This document shows, piece by piece, positions 1 through 55,197 of a DNA stretch of 64,000 bases; positions within the stretch are counted from its first letter, which is position 1, and every line of letters begins with the position of its first letter. Made by a program: the position numbers and the translations under genes. The DNA comes from Eledone cirrhosa (Eukaryota): the NCBI GenBank assembly GCA_964016885.1, contig OZ024763.1:7626001-7690000 (forward strand), read 5' to 3'. The notes beneath the pieces are model-generated. The model had not been told where the DNA came from. It did no database searches and was given only the letters and a program-made list of their open reading frames with translations.

Positions 1-152
1 TACTATCTATCGGTCGCAACTCCAGGTAGAAGGAGCAACGTGAAATAAAGTGTCTTGCTCAAGGACATAACGCATCGCCTGGTCCTGGAATCGAACTCAC
101 AACCTTACGATTGCGAATCCAATTCTCTAACCACTCAGCCACACACCTTCAC

Positions 153-248
<96 letters not shown>

Positions 249-1443
249 TGATGAGGCCAGTTAATATCTCAGCAGAATGTGTTTATGTCATTACAGATAG
301 AATTATAGAAATATCATTTACGATCAGAAGAAAGGTGACATATTTATAACACTTGGGATGACTGATAAATGTTCTTAAGACATTTAGTACTTTACAATTG
401 TTTCAACACAATCCTTAGTATAATATATAGCTAGGATAGACTTAATAATAGTAATTACCTCAGGTGTCAGCTTGACACTCGCCATATTATGGGATAGAAG
501 CAGAATTCAAAGGAAGTTTCAAATAATTAAAATAATAATTATTATTTAAGCTTTTGTGAGGGAGGGCAGTGGATTAGCAGTATCAGTAGAGAGTCATACA
601 CCATGCTTTGCAGCATAAAGTTACAGCCCTTTATGATCTGAGTTCAATCTTGCTGAGGTTAACTTTGTCTTTCATCCTTACGGGGGGGGGGGGGGATAAA
701 ATAAAGTACCAGTAATACAATGGGATAATTGCTGGCCTTGTGCCAAAAGTAGAAACAATTATTTAAGCTTTTGTTGGACTTCAACATTGAATGTGATAGA
801 ATGATTGAGGCAAGAAGGTCAGACATTTTAGTTGTGGACACGAAGAAAAAGAGTGGCTCATATTATTGATATATTTGTCCCAGGAGATAACAGGCTGAAG
901 GATAAATGGAATGAAAAGATTGAGAAGTATGAACCACTGAAGTTGGAAAGTTGTGGGAAATGAAGAAGGGTTTAGTGATTCCAAGCATGGGTTAGATGAG
1001 TTGTCCCATTGTGAGACAAGCTAGATCAGATGACCATGTCTTGCTCATACAGAACTGATTTTTGGCTTGGTTTCTATGCCTGGATGCCCTTCTTAACACC
1101 AACCACATTTACAGTGTGTTTTGGGTGCCAGCTTACTTATGAAAATATTTATTTTATTATATTCCTCCAATAATTTGGTTATTTTCAAGAATTATTTGGA
1201 ACACAGACAGTGTTGTTTCAATAGAAATACGTAATAAAAAGTTTCTTCTTCACCTACTTATTCCTGAGGTGGTCATGGGAACAGAGTCCTCAAACATTTC
1301 TTCTAGTGGGTCCTGTCAAAAGCAACCATCTCCAACTGATCTGGCTTGATCTTCCAAGTGTGACCAGCCAAGCTCATGGATGTTATCCAACTAGCTTGCT
1401 CGAGGCCTACTCCTGGGTCTCCTGCCGATTAGTTTTGTCCGTA

Positions 1444-1810
1444 AAATCTGTCCAGTGTTTCTTTCCTCAGACATTCTAACCACATGTCCATCGTATCAGA
1501 GCTGTGATCTCTCAATTCAGAGAAATAGTAGCTCTACCTGGAATGACTCTCTGATCTCTTGAGCTACAAATCTGCCCAGTGATTCTTTCCTGTGACATTC
1601 TAACCACATATCCATAGTATCAGAGCTGTGATCTCTCAATTCAGAGAAGTAGCAGCTCTACCTGGAGTGACTCTCTGATATCTGAGCTACAAATCTGTCC
1701 AGTGATTCTTTCCTGAGATATTCTAACCACATGTCCATAGTATCAGAGCTGTGATCTCTCAATTCAGAGAAGTAGCAGCTCTACCTGGAGTGACTTTCTA
1801 ATCTCTGAGC
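1444..1810. repeat. About 3 x 123-bp tandem repeat inside a LINE fragment
   Basis: Unit starts at 1444, 1568, 1691; minus strand resembles IERSQLxYYGHVVRM. Confidence 0.8.
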
Positions 1811-3747
1811 TACACACTCTATCAAATAACGTTACTCCAAAGACCCTTTGGAAGAACCCCATTTCGGCCGCTTGTATTTAATGGTTTAATATAGCCTGAT
1901 AAAAACATTAGCAAATGACATGGTGTGATGTGTGCTGATACAAAATTATATGTAATTATATGTGACAGCTGTATTTAACCAGTGAATACAATTAACAAGG
2001 TCCACATGATAAGCCATAAATTATGTTTTCAATATATTACAAATAGCAGGGCAGTGGATTGGCAGTAGTATCGGTGGAGCATTGGACAATATGCTTTATG
2101 GCATAGAGTTATGGCCTTTTACGATCTGAGTTCAGATCCTGCAGAGGTTAGCTTTGCCTTTCATCCTTACGGGGTCGATAAAATAAAGTACCAGTAATGC
2201 ACTGGGGTTGATTTAGTCGATGTTCCCCTCCCCCCCCAAAATGGTTGGCCTTGTTTCCTAGAGTCTAAAAAGTCTAAAGTCTCTCTTAAGCCAGAAGGCT
2301 CATTTGGCCGGTGCTTATCCTGGTTTCATGGCATGAAGCGACTGAGAGTACAAGACTTCCCCTGGACAAGACACCAGTCCATGGCAGGGTTAATGTCTCT
2401 CTTAAGCCAGAAGGCTCATTTGGCCAGTGCTTATCCTGGTTTCATGGCATGAAGCGACTGAGAGTCCAAGACTCCCACCTAGACAGAACACCAGTCTATC
2501 GCAGGGTTAAACCCCCAGTTATTGCTGGTACTTATTTCCAGCTGAGTATACTGGAGCAATGTGAAATGAAGTGTTTTGCTCAAGAAGACAACACACAACC
2601 CAGCCCAGGAATCAAACCCACAACATTATGATCACAAGTCCAACACCCTTACCACTAGGCCACCTGCCTGCACTGTGAATAGAGTCGACACCATTATATT
2701 ACAGTGAGCATGGTATTGTGGTAATGGTACACATCTATAGATTATTTAGATAATGGTTTCTACTTTTGGCACAAGGCCAGCAATTACCCAGTGCATTACT
2801 GGTACTTTATTCTATCGAAGGGTGAAAGGCAAAGTTAACCTCGGCGGGATTTGAACTCGGATCATACAGGGAGGTAACTCTATGCTTCATAGATTATTTA
2901 GATAATGGTTTCTGATTTAGACACAAGACCAATTATTTTTTGAGGGGAGGGGAAAGTCAATTAAATCTACCCCAGTGTATTACTGGTACTTATCAACCCT
3001 GTAGAGTGGTTGTCATAGTACCATGATAAAAAAACACCCAGTTCAAACTGTAAAGGGGTCTTTTTGGTGCCAGAGTAAGAAAAAAAAAAAGGACTCGGTC
3101 CACACTGTAAATGTGGTTGACTTTAAGGAGGGCAGCCATAGAAACGAGGCCAGAAAGAGTCCTGTATGAGCAACAGGACAACTCTATTTTAACCCATGCT
3201 AGTGTGGGAAAACGGACATTAAACAGTGATGGTGATGATTATATGGCGTAGTGTAGGGCGTAGTGTGCATATACCAGTACGCTGCATTTTGAAAAGTTAT
3301 GCAAATTACCACAATATGCAATTAAGCAGAATTAATTATATGTATAATTGAGAGAGAATGTCCAGGTTTGCTAATATATTTCACACCGCTATATTATTCT
3401 TCTCGTTAGCTCAATTATTGAAATGAATAACTGTGCTTCGTTAATTAATTAATTAATCCCTAAGTGTCTGGTATGTAGTGTCTTTCTTAATTAGCGATGA
3501 TTGGGTAGGAAATCTGAATGAGTTTCTATATATTTAATTAGACACTCCTTTGTTACTCTCATTATATCCTTACGGGGTCGATAAAATAAAGTACCAGTAA
3601 TGCACTGGGGAAATTGCTGGCCTTGTGCCAAAAGTAGAAACAATTATCATAATTAGGGGGAGGTCGAGATCAGCTGTTTAGGGAACTTGAAACCAGTGAC
3701 ACTAATATTGTCTACATCCAACATGTAAGTCATATATATATATATAC

Positions 3748-3793
<46 letters not shown>

Positions 3794-3872
3794 GTACATA
3801 TATATATATGTATATATGTATATATATGTATATATGTATATATGTATGTATATATGTATATATATATATATG

Positions 3873-4038
<166 letters not shown>

Positions 4039-4755
4039 CACAATGAGTTATATACTTTGTATCCAGTGCAAGCTGACTGTGGCGGTCTATATTTTGGATA
4101 TGTCACTATCTTATACATCAAATATTGTATTTTATCTGATGAAAACATACCATAATTTAGTATCCTTGAAATATATATAATAAAATAAATATGATGCTAT
4201 AGTAATCATCATCATCATCATTTTACGTCCGCTTTTCCCTGCTTGCAAGGGTGGGACGGGAACTGATTCTGGCTTGATTTCTACAGCTGGATGCCCTTCC
4301 TAACACCAACCTCATTTACAGTGAGTGCTGGGTGCTTTTTTGCCGTGGCAACTCCACGACCACTTTGCAGTGGAATGATAGGGACCCCAGTCCCTATCAT
4401 CTCATTTCTACAGCTGAGTAAACTGGAGCAATGTGAAATAAAGTGTCTTGCTCAAGGAAACAACACATCACCCGGTCTGAGAATTGAACTCACAACCTTT
4501 CGATTGCAAGGCCAATGCTCTAACCACTAAGCCATGTGCCTCCACAGTAATATTTTCCATTTATTACTATTGTTAATATATATATATAGGAAAAGAATCA
4601 GGATCTAGCTGTCAAAGCGTCCAGAGCTCAGCCGTTGGGGTCCTGACTCTTTTCCTATTACCTACTCTACTACCCTAAGTATCGAGTACTCTGGTGTGTT
4701 ATGGTCCACCTGGTTTCTTACCATAATTTCTTTGTTATATATATACTATATATAT

Positions 4756-5612
4756 TAGCAACGGAGGTGGGTGCTCAGAAAGTACAATAACTAGTGTAAG
4801 AACGGGATGGAAGAAGTTTAGGGAACTACTACCACTGCTAGCTGCAAAAGGCTTCTCCCTCAGAATGAAAGGCAGACTGTATGATGCGTGTATCCGAACA
4901 GCGATGTTGCATGGTAGTGAGACCTGGGCACTGAAGGTGGAAGACTTACGTAGATTAGAGAGAAACGAAGCCTGCATGCTCCGATGGATGTGTAACAGTA
5001 ATATACGTGAACGACAAAGCATAAAGGAATTGAGAGAGAGACTGAGCATAAGAGGAATCAAATGCTGCGTGCAGGAGAGGCGGTTACGCTGGTATGGACA
5101 TGTGATGCGTATGAAGGATGACAGCTGCATAAAAAGGTGCAGAGCACTAGAAGTTGATGGAAACCGCGGAGTGGGGAGACCCAAGATGACTTGGGATGAG
5201 GTGATAAAAGCCGACCTTACCCAACTACACCTCTCAAAGTCAATGACACACGACCGTGACTTCTGGCGTCACGCAGTAATACAGGGTACCCGACCTCCCA
5301 TGGGTACATGCTGAAGCATATAAACAATATGCCCCCACTCCCCCCACCGCAAGGTGGTCGTGGAGGTGCCATGGCAAAAAAGCACCCAGCCCACACTGTA
5401 AAGTGGACGTGTAGGCGCCACGAAAAAGCACCCAGCACTCACTGTAAATGAGGTTGGTGTTAGGAAGGGCATCCAGCTGTAGAAATCAAGCCAGATCAGT
5501 TCCTGTATGAGCAAGGCATGGTCAGCCGACCAGACACTGCCCACAACAGGACAACCCGTCTAACCCATGCTAGCGTGGAAGAACGGACGTAAAACGGTGA
5601 TGATGATGATGA
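4756..5612 (+). mobile_element. 5'-truncated RTE-clade LINE (ORF C-terminus, 3' UTR, (GAT)n tail)
   Basis: MKGRLYDACIRTAMLHGSETW...RRLRWYGHVMRM...GRPKMTWDEV; stop at 5314; ends in ggacgtaaaacgg(tga)n. Confidence 0.9.
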
Positions 5613-5618
5613 TATATA

Positions 5619-5962
5619 TATAAAGAAAAAAAGATGAAATCGAAAATGCAACTGGAGTCTTATTTTAAAAAAAAATATATATATTTATTTGGTTCCTTTA
5701 CCGCTTTCGCAGTTCAAAAGGTGAGTTGAGATGGAGGGTCTGTGGTTTTTCTCACATATGTGAGAAAAACCACAGACCATCCATCTCAACTCTACTTTTA
5801 AAAAGCAGAAGAACTGCGAAACCGGTAAAGGAACCAAATAAATAAATATATTTTTAAAAAAAAAAGACTCCAGTTGCATTTTCGATTTCATCTTTTTTTC
5901 TTTATACTTTCACTCGTGTAGGACACCTCGGTTATTTTTCATTTTGTTAAAAAAAAACTCAC

Positions 5963-5970
<8 letters not shown>
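5619..5970. mobile_element. Fold-back (palindromic) short element in (TA)n
   Basis: Loop-less palindrome centred at 5757/5758 (ctcacat|atgtgag), imperfect arms of about 140 bp; single-arm relative at about 46620-46825. Confidence 0.8.
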
Positions 5971-6012
<42 letters not shown>

Positions 6013-6183
6013 ATAATAATAAAATTGAAGACTAAAATCCAAAGAGGGCTCGATAAGGAAAATATATATCAAATATATAAGAACTGTAGAGCAAATATTT
6101 ATTAAAATAACAGATTAAAGTTTAAGCAAAGAATCGCTGCTTTCACCCTTAATAAATGGAAAATATCTTTATAAAACCATATT

Positions 6184-6244
6184 TATTTTATTATACGTAT
6201 TTCAAGGGTACTAATATTTAAGTACGCTTTCGTCAGATAAAATA
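6184..6244 (-). ncRNA. Minimal type I hammerhead ribozyme
   Basis: Minus strand reads tattttat-CTGACGA-aagcgtact(taaatatt)agtaccctt-GAAA-tacgta-TA^ataaaata: perfect 8-bp stem I, 9-bp stem II with 1 mismatch, palindromic stem III. Confidence 0.8.
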
Positions 6245-7039
6245 TAATAATTGGTGTAAAGATAGTGACATATCTTCAAGTGAACTTAATGTTATAAGTT
6301 CAGTGAGGATATTTTCCATTTATTAATATTATTGATATTAATGATACTCTCGATAAAATACTAGAGTGCTTCTAATCTGTTGTAAAATTTTAACTCTGTT
6401 TAATAATCAACAAACCAAATAACTCATTGTTTATATATATATATATATATATAAATAAATTAGACAATTATCAAAGTTGTCTGATAATTGTTTAATTTAT
6501 TTATTTTCCTGCTCTGTAAAACAACTGATATTCTTACATTGAGTTATTTCTCTTACTGGTAATTAGTAGAAAATTACTGACCTTTCCTGTTTATAGTTGT
6601 TTATAGTATAGACATAACTATAAATAGTATTACTATTATATATATATGAATTATTTCCATAGGAAGGAAGGCTAAAGGAAAGGAGAGTGCTCTATGTATG
6701 CAACAGAGCTATTTAATTATAATTAAATAAATATATATCATCATCATCATCATCATCGTTTAACGTCCATATTCCACGCTTGCATGGGTTTGGACGGGAG
6801 TTTTCCCACTTGAGGCAAGAGTGGTTGTCTTGCTCGCATAGGACTGTCTGGCGGGTTTTCTACAGCTGGATGCCCTTCCTAACACCAACCACATTTACAG
6901 TGTGGACTGGGAGGTTTTTACCGTGTTACCTACACGGTCACATTACAGTGTGGACTGTGTGTTTTTTTTTGTTGTGACACCTACATAACTTTACATTGAA
7001 AGGGGTGGTGTGGATGGGGTGGGGGTACTGGGACGGGGT

Positions 7040-7074
<35 letters not shown>

Positions 7075-7093
7075 TCTGTGTATGTTTCAACAG

Positions 7094-47082
<39,989 letters not shown>

Positions 47083-47114
47083 AAAGTAGGCAAAACAACA
47101 TGAACACCACAACC

Positions 47115-47146
<32 letters not shown>

Positions 47147-47278
47147 CCACCGCCGCCACTATGTCCCTGCTGTTGTAGTTTACTTGGGTATATTCCAGCC
47201 CTCATCTCTCTCTCGTATCATCTGATTCACCCTCCCGCCCCTGTTCATCTTATATACCACTGCACACAGCCCTTGTTT

Positions 47279-48080
47279 TATCATAAACCTCACAACACTA
47301 CCCACTATCATAAACCTCACAACTCCTGCTCCCTATCATAAACCTCACAACACTACCCCCTATCATAAACCTCACAACTCCTGCTCCCTATCATAAACCT
47401 CACAACTCCTGCTCCCTATCATAAACCTCACAACACTACCCCCTATCATAAACCTCACAACTCCTGCTCCCTATCATAAACCTCACAACACTACCCCCTA
47501 TCATAAACCTCACAACTCCTGCTCCCTATCATAAACCTCACAACACTACCCCCTATCATAAACCTCACAACTCCTGCTCCCTATCATAAACCTCACAACA
47601 CTACCCCCTATCATAAACCTCACAACTCCTGCTCCCTATCATAAACCTCACAACACTACCCCCTATCATAAACCTCACAACTCCTGCTCCCTATCATAAA
47701 CCTCACAACACTACCCCCTATCATAAACCTCACAACTCCTGCTCCCTATCATAAACCTCACAACACTACCCCCTATCATAAACCTCACAACTCCTGCTCC
47801 CTATCATAAACCTCACAACACTACCCCCTATCATAAACCTCACAACTCCTGCTCCCTATCATAAACCTCACAACACTACCCCCTATCATAAACCTCACAA
47901 CTCCTGCTCCCTATCATAAACCTCACAACACTACCCCCTATCATAAACCTCACAACTCCTGCTCCCTATCATAAACCTCACAACACTACCCACTATCATA
48001 AACCTCACAACTCCTGCTCCCTATCATAAACCTCACAACACTACCCCCTATCATAAACCTCACAACTCCTGCTCCCTATC
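47279..48080. repeat. 55-bp dimeric (27+28) minisatellite downstream of the stop codon
   Basis: tatcataaacctcacaa followed alternately by cactaccccc or ctcctgctccc. Confidence 0.93.
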
Positions 48081-48521
48081 CACTCTACCTGTACAAAACT
48101 GATTGTCAGCCCCTAAATCATCATCTTAGATGAACTCCCTCCTCCTCTTTAAGTGGCACATTTGTTTAGGGCACATTTTGGGGGTGGGGAGCAAGGGTGG
48201 GGTCATGGGGTGGAGAGAATGGGTGGGGGAGCAGGGGTGAAGGGGTTCTGGTCTTTCCTCTTTTATTGTTTTTTATTTTTTTTGTAAGTTTTATTTAATT
48301 TTTTCCTGATACCATTTCAACAGATTTGATGTTATATTTTATATTTTTTTATATATATTTAGTTCACCACCACTACTACTACTACTACCACTACTACCGC
48401 CACTACTACTACTACTACCACTACCACCACTACTACCACCACCACCACTACTACCACCACCACTACTACCACCACCACTACTATTACCACTACTACCACT
48501 ACCACCACCACTACTGCCACC

Positions 48522-48556
<35 letters not shown>

Positions 48557-48567
48557 CACTACTACCG

Positions 48568-48598
<31 letters not shown>

Positions 48599-48689
48599 CA
48601 CTACCACCACTACTACCACCACCACCACTACTACCACCACCACTACTACCACCACCACTACTACCACTACCACCACCACTACTACCACC

Positions 48690-48742
<53 letters not shown>

Positions 48743-51326
48743 TACTACCACCACCACCACCACCACTACCACCACTACTACTACCACCCACACTAGTACT
48801 ACCACTACTACAACCACCACTACTACCACCATTACTATCATCACCACCCCTGACCCATCCTGAGCACCACCAACACCACTACCACCACTACCACCACTAC
48901 TACTACTACTACCACTAATATCACGACCACACCCACCACTCCCCACTTGTTCCAGATCTTCCTACCCCTAACCATGCAGCTACATCCACCCACCCCCATC
49001 TTCTACCCCGCCCCTCTACTTTGGTTCCAACCCCCTCCTCCCTCATATCATGTACAGTTATCACACTCCTTCTCTTCCTCCTCCCACCATTGATCTCTTC
49101 CTTCCTCCTACCACCCTCCCCCCAGAATACTTACCCCCCCCCCTCATATTAGTTATAACCAATCATGGAGCCACTTTCTACAACAAACACCCAGGCCACC
49201 CTCCACCTTCCACCCACTCTCTCCATCTTACCCCTCCCCTACTCCATCATTGATTTGCTTCTTATCCCCTGCCCCACCCTCCTCCTCCTTCACCCTCTGC
49301 TGCCCTGTGTTGGTCCAGTCATTCTCTCCCACCCTCTATGGATCCAGACACCACCCACCTCCCATCCACTCTCTATGGATCTAGACTCCACCCATAGCCC
49401 CATGGATTCAGCCACCCCCTCCTCGTCACGTTCAGTTACATCCACTCATTGCTCCCAGCTTTGGTCCATTCCCTTCTCCCATGTCATAGACCCTAACTCC
49501 ACCCCTATAGATCCAGAATCCACCCCATATATCCTAACTCCACCCACCCACCCCCTTCATATATCCTAACTCCACCCCCATAGATCCAGACTCCTCCCAC
49601 TCTCCACCCATAGCTCCAGGCTCCACCCCCCCCCCCATCATCCACAGTTATTTCCTTCTTAACGAAGGTAGTCGACATTACTTGTTGAACTGTTACCAAC
49701 AACAACAACAGCAACAACAAGATGTCGAGTCATACGTATGATGCCAGGTGTCAAAGACACCAGATGTCAGTTGTAAGATGTAAAGATGTGAAGACGACCA
49801 CCAGATGTAGAGGTGTCAGGGGTCAGCTTCCAGATGCCCCAGATATGAAATGTCAGGTGACGGATGTAACAATGTCAGCTACCAGATGCCAGATGTCAAG
49901 ATGTCAGCTTGCTAGATTGTAAGGATGTATGATTGCCAGATTTAAAGATGTTTGCTGCCAGAAGATATCAAGATGTCGGGTGCCAGATTTGAATCTGCCA
50001 GATGCAAAGAATGTCAGATGTGAAGATGTCATATGAACAGATGTGAAGATGTGAGATGAACAGATGTGAAGATGTGAGATGAACAGATGTGAAGATGTGA
50101 GATGCTTTCAAAGAACTAGAATTCTTCAAATTTGTTTTTATTTCACTGGAATCTAGAAAATCAAAGAAAAATGTTCACAAAATATTCTTTAGAAGTTGTT
50201 TTATTACTGGAAATTATCAGCAATCTGTTGCCATAATTACACACACGCACACATACACTCACACGCATATATATATATATATATATATATATGCGTGTGT
50301 GTGTGTGTGTCTCCACTCAAAGCAAAATTACTTCTGAGAAAATGGTATAAACCAGACTAACTAATTTGAATTTCAAAGAATTTGATTTCTTTGAATTACT
50401 TAGCACAAGTTCTCTACCTTTGAGATAGTTACCTCCCTTCACACTATCTAAAAATTTTGTTTATTCGGAATTAACTGCCCTTGAAAAGCTCTTGTATTTT
50501 TTTCTAAAAACCGCCAATTAACGAGTGGAGGTAGCCATTTTCTTTTCATGTAACCGGTTGAATGATTTGGGGTGTATAACCCAACGAAACTTACGTACCT
50601 GTATATTTTATATATATATATTCATGCATGTGTGTGTATGTATAAATATATACATATGTGTGTATGTATATACACATACACATGTATATATATATGTGTG
50701 TGTGTGATTTATGACATTAATCCAGTAGTATGGTACTAACAGTTTCATAGTCTGAGCTGTTGTTGGCACACATCTTCTATAAATATTTAATTATATACAA
50801 AGCTGTGTGAGGATTGTGACCAGAGTTACTCCTTAGCTGTAGCAGACTTGACTTGAGCTATTGTAACACATATCTGGAGTGACATTGGCTTTCATTAACC
50901 GGAGAACTTGAACAAGGAAGAGGGAGTGAGAGATGCAAAAAAAAAAAAAGAAAACTGCTTAAAATGAACTTATGATGTTTTTTTTTTTTTCGTATTTTTT
51001 TTTGTTTTTTTTTTGCGGGGGTTGTTGGGTGCCAAATTGTATGAAGCTGTTTTATCTTTGTTAATAATTATTTGCTGCTTTGAAAAACCGAAACGCCCCC
51101 CCCCCCCCCAAAAAAAAAATAGAAAGGAAAAGAAAGAAACAAAAAAAATTTGTTATTTGTAATTACCTGCCCCTGTCTGCCCCCCCCCCACATTCCCGCC
51201 CAAAAAATGAAAGATTCCGGCAGCTTCAATTCTTTCAGTATTTTTTATCTAGATCAGCAATTCCTGACCTAGGGCCCACAGATCTCTAGGGGTCTGGAAG
51301 TTAAGTTTCAAATCTCAAGTATTATT

Positions 51327-51374
<48 letters not shown>

Positions 51375-51474
51375 AAATGAAGTATTTCCATAGGAAAGGT
51401 AAAGGAAAAGAGAGTGCTCTATGTAGGCTACAGAGCTTTTTAGTTATGTAATAAACAACATAAGATAATTAATT

Positions 51475-51535
51475 CATTTATCAATGGTTTCTTGAAGAGC
51501 TTGACACTTACGTCTGTCTTCATTCATCAGAAAAA
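51475..51535 (-). ncRNA. Hammerhead-like motif, same family as 13712-13777
   Basis: CTGATGA-a-tgaaga...tcttca-a-GAAA-ccattgata; shares the downstream tail (agctctgt...acatagagcactct...ggaaatact) with the 13.7-kb copy. Confidence 0.55.
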
Positions 51536-51690
51536 ATGTATTATTCTATAATATATATATATATATATATAGACACATATATATATATATACACACCACA
51601 CACATACACAGACATATATATATATATATATACACACAGTTCCCGTCCCACCCTTGCAAGCAGGGAAAAGTGGACGTAAAATGATGATGA

Positions 51691-51733
<43 letters not shown>

Positions 51734-52069
51734 TGTTCTACATACATTTCTCTTCAATTGTTTTTACTGTGTAACAACAGTCTGAGATAGAAACGGTTGT
51801 TACAGGATGATAAGGCATAAATAAATTCTTCATTAACCATTTTTTTACTGAGCCTGGTTAAAACCACTTCATTTAAATTAAAACCTTCCAATATAATTTT
51901 ATATAAGAACCCTACTTAAGTTACTATCTTACCAACCTGGCTAAAACCACTTCTGGCTCTATGGAAGGGTTCATATTTAAATTAAAATCTGCCAATATAA
52001 TTTTATATAAGAATGTTTTGTTAAGTTAATATCTTAGTAAATCACTTAATAATTTTAGTAAATCACCGT

Positions 52070-52805
52070 CTTCTAGGAATCTCTGATCTAGACACTCCCC
52101 CTTCTCGGAATCTGTTCTAGACACTCCCTCTCCTGGGAATCTCTGGTCTAGACACTCCCTCTTCTAGGAATCTCTAGTCTAGACACTCCCCCTTCTAGGA
52201 ATCTGTTCTAGACACTCCGTCTCCTGGGAATCTCTGGTCTAGACACTCCCTCTCCTGGGAATCTCTGGTCTAGACACTCGCTCTTCTAGGAATCTCTGGT
52301 TTAGACACTCCCTCTCCTGGGAATCTCTGGTCTAGATACTCCCTCTTCTAGGAATCTCTGATCTAGACACTCCCTCTCCTGGGAATCTCTGGTCTAGACA
52401 CTCCCTCTTCTAGGAATCTCTGATCTAGACCCACCCCTCCCTGCCTCTAACTGCAATAACAAACCAAATACTTGGTTGTTGTTGTTGGTAAGCAATCATA
52501 TCATAGTTGAGATGGCTGAGGTTTATTTAGTTACTTTGGTATGGCCCTTGTCTACCACCTCTGGTTCTTGTCTACCACCTCTGGCTCTTGTCTACCACCT
52601 CTGGCCCTTGTCTACCACCTCTGGCCCTTGTCTACCACCTCTAGCCCTTGTCTACCACCTTTGGCCCTTGTCTACCACCTTTGGCTCTTGTCTACCACCT
52701 CTGACCCTTGTCTATCACCTCTGGCCCTTGTCTACTACCTCTTGCCCTTGTCTACCACCTCTAGCCCTTGTCTACCACCTCTAGCCCTTGTCTACCACCT
52801 CTGAC
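52070..52805. repeat. 31-bp (52070-52430) and 20-bp (52540-52805) minisatellites
   Basis: Direct periodicity. Confidence 0.9.
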
Positions 52806-53021
52806 CTAGAACCTGACATAGGTTTAGAGAGGTCACAGTTTCCTGAAGTTGTACTTCACATAATGTGTCTGTGTATATATATATATGTATATATATATAA
52901 ACATGTATATATCTATATATATATTTATATATATATATATTTATATATATATATATATATAAATATATCATCATTATTTAAAGCCAGTTTTCAGAGGCTG
53001 CTGATGATGATAATGATTATA

Positions 53022-53060
<39 letters not shown>

Positions 53061-53704
53061 GTGTGTGTGTATATTTTACATCCTATAACTTAGCAGTTCG
53101 ACAAATAAAGATTGATAAAATAAGTAGTGGGGTTGACATGATAGACTAAAACTCCCTGTAAGAGTTGCCCCAGCATGGCCACACCCTAATGACTGAAACC
53201 AGTGAATGAGAAGAAAAATAGAACAAATTATATATTATGGCTTTACCCATGCCAGCATGGGCCGGAGAGGAATTTTTGAGGCATCGTTTCATGGCTTGAT
53301 GCCCTTCGTAATGTCTACAGTTTTAGTTGATAACAGACTTAGAAATTGCTTTTACTTGTTTCACAGCTAGTTGGTGGATCATCAGGTTTCCCAGTTCATC
53401 CACCTGTATTTTGTTATCATCGTTTATATGCCCTCTTTAACATACTGGCATGAGTTGGACTGTATGTATGAGCGCTATATATATATGTGTATAGGTGGTG
53501 TATATAAAGTAGACATATATACACCTGCATGTACATGTTTGTGCATGTGTGTATATGTATATATAAATGTGTGTGAATAGGTGCTTGTGTGTGTATGTAT
53601 ATATATGTGTGTGTGTATGTATATATATACATCAGAATATATATATATATATATATGTATGTGTATGTGTATGTGTGTGTATATATATATATATATACGT
53701 AAGA

Positions 53705-53750
<46 letters not shown>

Positions 53751-55197
53751 ATTGTACATAAGTAAACATTAAAATAAAATATATATACATATGTAAAAAT
53801 AAAAAAGATTCCTTACTACCCCCCCCCCCTCCTCCCGCATAAAAAATCTAAGCCATTTTGTAAAAAAGTAGTATTAAAGTAGAATGTTTGGAATGTCTTA
53901 AAATCTATCATGAAGGACTGAAAAACTTGAGATTTACCAATAAGCTCTGTAGGAACATAACCTCCATCCTCCCCATTTTCTTTTTTTTTTTTCACAAACC
54001 CTTAAAATATATTTAGGGAACCTTTTGAGGTCATAAGGACTCGAAATTTGAGAGACCCCAAATATTCCTGAAAGACTTACAAAAAAAACCTTAACCCTTT
54101 TGATACCAAACCACTCCTGCTTCTATGATTAAAAACTATTTGTTCTAAAGTGTTTATATTTATATAGAAAACTCCCATAATAATTTGATGTAAGAACCTT
54201 TAAGTTATGTTCCAAACACCAGCTTACTCAATCTTTCCTCGTAAGAACCTTTGTTAAGTTATGTTCCAAACACCAGCTTAATAACGAGAAAGTTAGTTAT
54301 ATTATTAAATCTTTCCTAGTAAGATCCTGTATTGAGTTATGTTCCAAACACCAACTTAATGAGAATTTTAGTTATATTGCTAAACCTTTCCTAGTAAGAA
54401 CCTTTGTTAAGTTATGTCCCAAACACCAGCTTAATAACGAGAAAGTTAGTTAATTTTGCCTTTCACCCTTACGGGGTCAATAAAATAAGGTATCAGTAAT
54501 GCACTGGGGTATTACTAGCCTTGTGAAACAATTATTATAAATCTTTACCATATTTAAAGGAGACTCTTTAGAATGTTATGAAGATCATAAGGGTACTGTC
54601 ATTTGGAGGGTACAGATGTTCATATTTTTCTGACAAAAATGTTCTAGGGTGTGCAGCTGCACCCCCCCCCCCCCCCACCAATATGCCACTGATGAAGAGT
54701 ATTATGAAAAACTGTTAGACCCCTTTTTCCATGAGCCTCTAAAATATATTCTAGACAAACCCTACAAAGGGACCGTTTTTTATCAGCCCCTGAAATATAT
54801 TATAGACAAATCTTTAGGATATCCCCTTTTTTTTATGAACCCCTAAAATATATTACAGACAAACCCTACAAGGAGACCCGGTTTTTTATGAACCCCTAAA
54901 ATATATTACAAACCCCTGTTTCCCATGAACCCCTAAAATATTTCAGTGAGCCCAGACTGAACACTGCTGGTATAAGCCCCTATATGTGTATATTGCTGTA
55001 AAATATCTTGTTTGTGTCCCCTTTCTGCCAGAAGTTACACCAGCAGATAGTAGCAGGGAGAGAAACATGTTTGCTCCAATCTGTTGGTCAATTCTTCCCC
55101 CTCTCCTGTTTTGATGTCCCTTCCAATACAATCAAGCATACACATCTTAGATGAATTTAGCATCTATATCTGCTGTTTTACCCATATCATAGTTTAA

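Noticed and set aside
248-290. CTGATGA hammerhead-like core (similar hits near 34472, 34563, 54690 and 63875)
   Set aside because: No correctly placed GAAA with convincing stems; 63875 has both core halves mutated.
50258-50310. cacacgc(at)n gcgtgtg palindrome
   Set aside because: Trivial symmetry of adjoining CA/TA/TG microsatellites.
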